Made by a program: the position numbers and the translations under genes
Shown: piece after piece, positions 60,401 to 64,000 of the stretch
How the letters are laid out: each line of letters starts with the position of its first letter
Numbering within the stretch: position 1 is the stretch's first letter
Origin: Candidatus Heimdallarchaeota archaeon
Lineage (GTDB): Archaea > Asgardarchaeota > Heimdallarchaeia > Hodarchaeales > Hodarchaeaceae
DNA: 64,000 bases
Direction of reading: 5' to 3'
Assembly (NCBI GenBank): GCA_020353515.1
Contig: CP070695.1
Location: 756,957 to 820,956 of the forward strand
The notes under the pieces: model-generated
Told to the model about the DNA's origin: nothing
Seen by the model: only the letters and a program-made list of their open reading frames with translations
Database searches by the model: none

Positions 60401-61946
60401 AGAAACACCTTATAATGGTGTCTATTTTAGAGTGAAGGATTGGGTAGAGCCGCTATCTGAGGATTTATATGATTTCCTAAACGTGAAATATGGTGAAACA
60501 ATAACTATCTCTTCCCGCTGGTGGTTATACCCTCCATCACAGGAAGCAAATGGATTTTTGAAAGTAACAAACATAAATGGAATAAATAGTTGGGAAGGAG
60601 AGGCAGTATTAGGTTTAACCGCAGATGAACCTTCCTTTCACCCAATTATTTCATCCATGTTAATTGAGGGTGCTTGGTTTAATAGCTCTAACGGTATGGA
60701 GTGTATTCTCTCTGAATTTTCTGCTAATGCTCTAGATGTTCAAGTTAATGACTCTATTATTTGGTCTGGATCTAAATTCAATGTTACTGGTATAATAAAA
60801 GAAGAATCGTTTGATGAGATTCAAGATTTTGATGGAGAAGAAATTACTCCAAAAAATAATCGTGCACCTTCTCCAAGTGTTCATTTACCTACTCGATTGA
60901 TATTTATTCTTCCAGCAGAAACAGCCAAAGACTTTGGTGCATCTTTATACTCAATTTCCATCTTGGCGAATGAGGAAGTAGCTATTGATATCGCTGACTC
61001 TGTTTCCTCGACTTATGGACGTTATCTGGAAGTTAAGGTTGGTAATAATGGTATAGTGTCAACTCATAAAAGAGTTATACAAGATCTTGGAAGAGGATTA
61101 GTTGAAATGGGAATACCTCTTACTATAGCGATTTTATTGATGGTTAACACCAGCATAAGTACTGTGTATGAATCAAAAAAAGAAATTGCGATTTTCACAT
61201 CTTTAGGGTTGGCACCTTTCCATATCGCTGGATTATTCTTGGCTGAATTTCTGGTTTATGCTGTTATAGGTTCTGTGGTTGGTTACTTGGGTGGAATAAC
61301 CATAGCAGTTATACTTTCGGCTATAGGAATGTTTCCTGAATCACTAGCTATTAATTATTCATCTGGATCTGTAATTAATGCTTTAGGTTTTGGAATTGTT
61401 GGGATCCTACTTAGCACAATATATCCCCTTCGAATTTCTGCGAAAATGTCTGTACCTTCAGTTCGAAGAGCTTGGGAACTCGCAACCTCTCCTCAAGAGG
61501 ATGGTGTTCATTGGTCAATCCCATTACCATTTGTTGCTGCAACTGAACATGAAGCAGAAGGTATTATTCAATTTTTACACGAATTTTTTATTATCTATGA
61601 GTCTGAAAGTGTTGGCGGCGCATTTTTTGCTCAGAATATTAGAGTGATTGAGAAAAAAGAACCTAGGCGAGAAAAACACCTCAAGGCTACAGTTAACTTG
61701 GCTCCGTTTGACATGGGTTTGAAACAGAATGTAGATATTTACACTTATTTAGACGAAATCAAATATCGATATATATTTGAGATTGAATTAGAGCGATTAG
61801 AAGGAATATTATCAGCATGGGAAACCTCTGTAAGACGTTTTGTTGACAGTATTAGGAAACAGCTCCTAATCTGGAGAAGTCTTTCAAAAGAAGAGAAAGC
61901 AACTAAATCAAAGGAATTTCAGATTGGAATACAAGAGGAAGAATGA
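57480..61946 (+). CDS. Fusion protein: signal/TM + PA domain + degenerate M28 peptidase + beta-sandwich + TM bundle + MacB/FtsX permease + cytoplasmic C-terminal domain
   Basis: GSRVTGYPG, PA (GKLIYGGSG...GSIVVM), IIISAYFDS...PGADEACG, RMKKRKGRTVIAL, TVYESKKEIAIFTSLGLAP...FLAE; ATG at 57480 overlaps the upstream stop (ATGA). Confidence 0.85.
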   Translation: MMVALMTKSKLVIIFFFFLMFNVIVHVFTNDFCSNIISWEENKTITRENITGRIDDLIDFLDLSNQINETYFGNIEGHIKTLSEFGSRVTGYPGYEQTVDYILDFFQNQNLSNVETMSYPLLVPLEKNTHIEIKGENYTAYALTPNSVHSCKTPPHGVSGKLIYGGSGRYSDLDGKNIDGSIVVMEFNTNDNWLNIAGLGARGVIFLAPNDTNRFEAESKSIDIPLNFPRFYIRNYTTIEAVKGFAQQYNQTVTLYSDIEMTMIEAKNVMGILSGKSDDQIIISAYFDSSSVVPSISPGADEACGIATLLELIRVINDNKFIPQKTIMFLALSGHNQAAAGAREFVYQNYESLNRESGIKLFLTLDLSASNYKIGINPYGYLYRFKLQFTTATNLEGRIKDVGEKYLVEYASHIREASTYNFEVKSYVRKQRFEDIAPITFVGDQEPFVASNVIGLSFFTSESHRLRFNTPFDLPKYLHMDHLKSQVVYSICAVAQLILEANLDQVLDLEHKDFSIRHTTHVGYGIIQGHCKERNETTAWFSDVPDVVIRVSSWDPSRGLYGEYTYLTKTDNDGFFEIHGISSSQPDINLEFIAEAYEFDSEGNLIKATNLGSYGQTFERSNKLRSKTITINPTVFKCGTISLFEVTHPYTQALSAGSLTYQVLDPETRNLYFSFGYIGAKSVSLVFLNPNTPSVMVGELPDAVLGVYITNSSDEKPRGEGYKVQMGEHQNLGISSFMTSLDLQAATKTYVDLYTSYNIYDSLVDDTFGRAISLMDTALLQKNDLEYSKAIVTIKEVQTWSLDAFKQARRVIEDGTSTTIFFAILLLPFSFALASLLFTFESGIKRIMVTSIIYGTTLAFFYIIHPGLHLSSNIFMIIIGIIAIIFVFPAFYMIYQEGYDYLKSLRVKIIGAHFADTSRTSTILIAMSTGIARMKKRKGRTVIALSGIVLITFSLTLFTSASTQVAVSTRGVELETPYNGVYFRVKDWVEPLSEDLYDFLNVKYGETITISSRWWLYPPSQEANGFLKVTNINGINSWEGEAVLGLTADEPSFHPIISSMLIEGAWFNSSNGMECILSEFSANALDVQVNDSIIWSGSKFNVTGIIKEESFDEIQDFDGEEITPKNNRAPSPSVHLPTRLIFILPAETAKDFGASLYSISILANEEVAIDIADSVSSTYGRYLEVKVGNNGIVSTHKRVIQDLGRGLVEMGIPLTIAILLMVNTSISTVYESKKEIAIFTSLGLAPFHIAGLFLAEFLVYAVIGSVVGYLGGITIAVILSAIGMFPESLAINYSSGSVINALGFGIVGILLSTIYPLRISAKMSVPSVRRAWELATSPQEDGVHWSIPLPFVAATEHEAEGIIQFLHEFFIIYESESVGGAFFAQNIRVIEKKEPRREKHLKATVNLAPFDMGLKQNVDIYTYLDEIKYRYIFEIELERLEGILSAWETSVRRFVDSIRKQLLIWRSLSKEEKATKSKEFQIGIQEEE

Positions 61947-61955
61947 GGTTAATGA

Positions 61956-63854
61956 ATGTCTGACGAAAATGAGTCGATTCTTTCAACAGAGCACGATTTA
62001 CCACAAGAATCCTTTCAAAGTGGATTGACTTGGCGTGTTGGTTTAGCTATTGTCTATAGTGCCCTTATAATACAACCATCGGCTATCTATTTATATTTTG
62101 TGACAAATCAATGGTTTATTGGAGCAGTTCTTAATACAACAATCGTTTTATTCGCAGTTCTTGCAAAAATGGCTGATAATCCACTCTCAAAGCAGGAGGT
62201 ATTTATTATGATAAATGTCACAAGTACTGCTTTGGGTATGGAAATGATAGTTGCTTTAGTCTTCAATTATTATCTGAAACATCATCCGTCTACTGTAGCG
62301 ACATTGATTGACGGTGTATCTCTCACAACACTTATTCCTAATTGGTATGCCCCAGACTATTTTGGTCCAATTCAAACACTATTTAATCCTCTTTTTATTC
62401 TACCTCTGGGCTTGCTTATTCTGAATGCATTATTTGGAAAAGCAACTGATATTTCATTAGGGATTGTATTCAATTACCTTTACACTAAGGTAGAAGTACT
62501 ACCGTTTCCTACAGCTGAAGTCGAAGCTGAACGATCTAAATCTTTAACATGGGAGGACAAAAGAAAATTACAGATATTTTCTCTTAGTGCAATTATTGCA
62601 AGTTTTTTTGGAATAATTCTTTATGCTTTTCCTCTTGTGATAGGTATTCCGTTGATTCCCCTACCTTGGTTTGATTTTAATGCATCAATTGAGGGTTTTC
62701 TCCCAGGGGCTTCTTTTGGTATTGCTACAGATGTGATTGCATTTGCTACAGGTTTTATTTTACCTATGAATGTTGTTGTGTGCATCCTAATTGGTTCAAT
62801 TGTTGTAAATATAATAGTCAACCCATTTCTAGTAGCGAATAATATGCTTCCAAGATGGGAAAAGGGCATGACACTCCTTGATACATTTAATACATCTCAA
62901 TTGGACTTTTGGCTAGGGTGGACGGTTGGTTTATTGATTAGCGCATCCCTCATCCCTGTACTTCGTAACCCACGGATTTTTATAAAAACAATCAAGGATT
63001 TGAGGAAGCTAAGTCAAGGGAAAGGAGACGAATTGGAAGGTGGAGCTCCTAAATTGAGTATATTATTGGCTTTTTTCTTGCTTGGGACGTTGGGTTCGGT
63101 TGTGGTAACATTCTTACTTATACCTGACCTCCCTATTAGATTAATAATAGTTTTAATTATTCTAACAGTTGGTTGGAGTTTTATCTCATCTCTAACAATG
63201 GCGTATGCATTTGGCATTACCGCAAATCTTCCATTAATTCCATACATTAAGGAATCAGCTTTTGTTGCTGTAGGAGCTCCTATTGGAGGGGAAATCTGGT
63301 TTGCACCATTAGTTATCTCTCAGGGAGGGGCTGGATGGGTTGCAACTTTTAAAACAGCAGACTTAACTTTTACAAAAAGAGGAAGTTTGATAAGAGCACA
63401 TGTTTTGGCCTCGTTTGTGGCATGGGGAGCAGGGATTTTTTGGGTTTCTGCTTTATTGTCTATTGCTCGTGTTCCCTCGATAATATTCCCAGTACCATTT
63501 TGGGATCTTGACGTTGGTAGGATTATAACATTTGTTTCAGAACCAACTGTGGTTATAAATCCTTTAATATTAGGAATTTCCCTCGTTATCACTTTAATTC
63601 TTTATATTATTGAATGGGGAACACCAATACCTATTTCAGTGATTTCATTAGCTGTTGGTACAACAACAGCTATTCCTTATGCAATTACTACATTTCTGGG
63701 GGCACTTTTCGCAAAAATCCTCAAGAGGAGAATGATAAACTGGGATACTGATCGTGCTATCATTGTTGCAGGTTTAGGAGCTGGACTTGGTATTGTTATT
63801 TCATTATCAACCTTTTTAGCTTTAATTCTGAACACAATAGCTTTGCCATATTAG
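61956..63854 (+). CDS. OPT-superfamily-like polytopic membrane protein
   Basis: SGLTWRVGLAI, PLSKQEV, VEVLPFPTAEV, PLPWFDF, LPGASFGI, IWFAP, AGLGAG; about 15 TM. Confidence 0.75.
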   Translation: MSDENESILSTEHDLPQESFQSGLTWRVGLAIVYSALIIQPSAIYLYFVTNQWFIGAVLNTTIVLFAVLAKMADNPLSKQEVFIMINVTSTALGMEMIVALVFNYYLKHHPSTVATLIDGVSLTTLIPNWYAPDYFGPIQTLFNPLFILPLGLLILNALFGKATDISLGIVFNYLYTKVEVLPFPTAEVEAERSKSLTWEDKRKLQIFSLSAIIASFFGIILYAFPLVIGIPLIPLPWFDFNASIEGFLPGASFGIATDVIAFATGFILPMNVVVCILIGSIVVNIIVNPFLVANNMLPRWEKGMTLLDTFNTSQLDFWLGWTVGLLISASLIPVLRNPRIFIKTIKDLRKLSQGKGDELEGGAPKLSILLAFFLLGTLGSVVVTFLLIPDLPIRLIIVLIILTVGWSFISSLTMAYAFGITANLPLIPYIKESAFVAVGAPIGGEIWFAPLVISQGGAGWVATFKTADLTFTKRGSLIRAHVLASFVAWGAGIFWVSALLSIARVPSIIFPVPFWDLDVGRIITFVSEPTVVINPLILGISLVITLILYIIEWGTPIPISVISLAVGTTTAIPYAITTFLGALFAKILKRRMINWDTDRAIIVAGLGAGLGIVISLSTFLALILNTIALPY

Positions 63855-64000
63855 AAAACAACTTCTTTCTCAATTCTTTTTGTAATTTTTCTAATATGAG
63901 TAGATATTATTTCAAAAGCTTCTATCATGCAATCTAGAATCTGATGATATTTTCCTTTCGAAATAATATGCCCAAGATATTTCTCAAGATTAATATTCCA
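63851..64000 (-). CDS. 3' end of a convergent gene running off the window
   Basis: Open minus frame WNINLEKYLGHIISKGKYHQILDCMIEAFEIISTHIRKITKRIEKEVVF* ends in a short overlap with the OPT-like gene stop. Confidence 0.55.
   Translation of the reverse strand, partial: WNINLEKYLGHIISKGKYHQILDCMIEAFEIISTHIRKITKRIEKEVVF

Noticed and set aside
1-64000. rRNA, tRNA, CRISPR array, integrase/transposase
   Set aside because: None recognised by eye; intergenic gaps are short and lack periodic repeats. tRNAscan-SE/Infernal would be needed to exclude small RNAs.

Overview
AT-rich, gene-dense archaeal DNA, most consistent with an Asgard archaeon (Heimdallarchaeia/Hodarchaeales-like). This is inferred from two Rab-like GTPases, a TFS/RpoM protein, an ADP-forming acyl-CoA synthetase, a V4R protein and PAS histidine kinases. 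1-39 kb is mixed housekeeping and signalling (NAD salvage pncA/pncB, MoxR-DUF58 operon, pyk, panE, two-component genes) and holds several candidate eukaryote-like proteins: SSUH2-like DnaJ zinc finger, Rpn1/Rpn2-like PC-repeat, V4R/Bet3-like, and an atypical Rab. 39-47.3 kb is a bzd-type class I benzoyl-CoA reductase operon (DUF2080-GNAT-bzdNOPQ-bzdM-bzdV) followed by a broken cyclase gene. 48-64 kb is the most unusual region: an uncharacterised membrane system with a stand-alone PqqD/RRE-like protein, a small Cys-rich protein, a minimal FtsX permease, two MacB/LolD-type ATPases, an alpha/alpha-toroid enzyme, two OPT-like polytopic membrane proteins and a ~1490-aa fusion of a degenerate (nicastrin/nicalin-like) M28 peptidase domain to a MacB/FtsX permease. 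A divergent ArsR / bactofilin-like pair near the start shares one SHOCT-like motif. No rRNA, tRNA, CRISPR array or transposase was recognised. All family calls come from motif recognition, not database searches.
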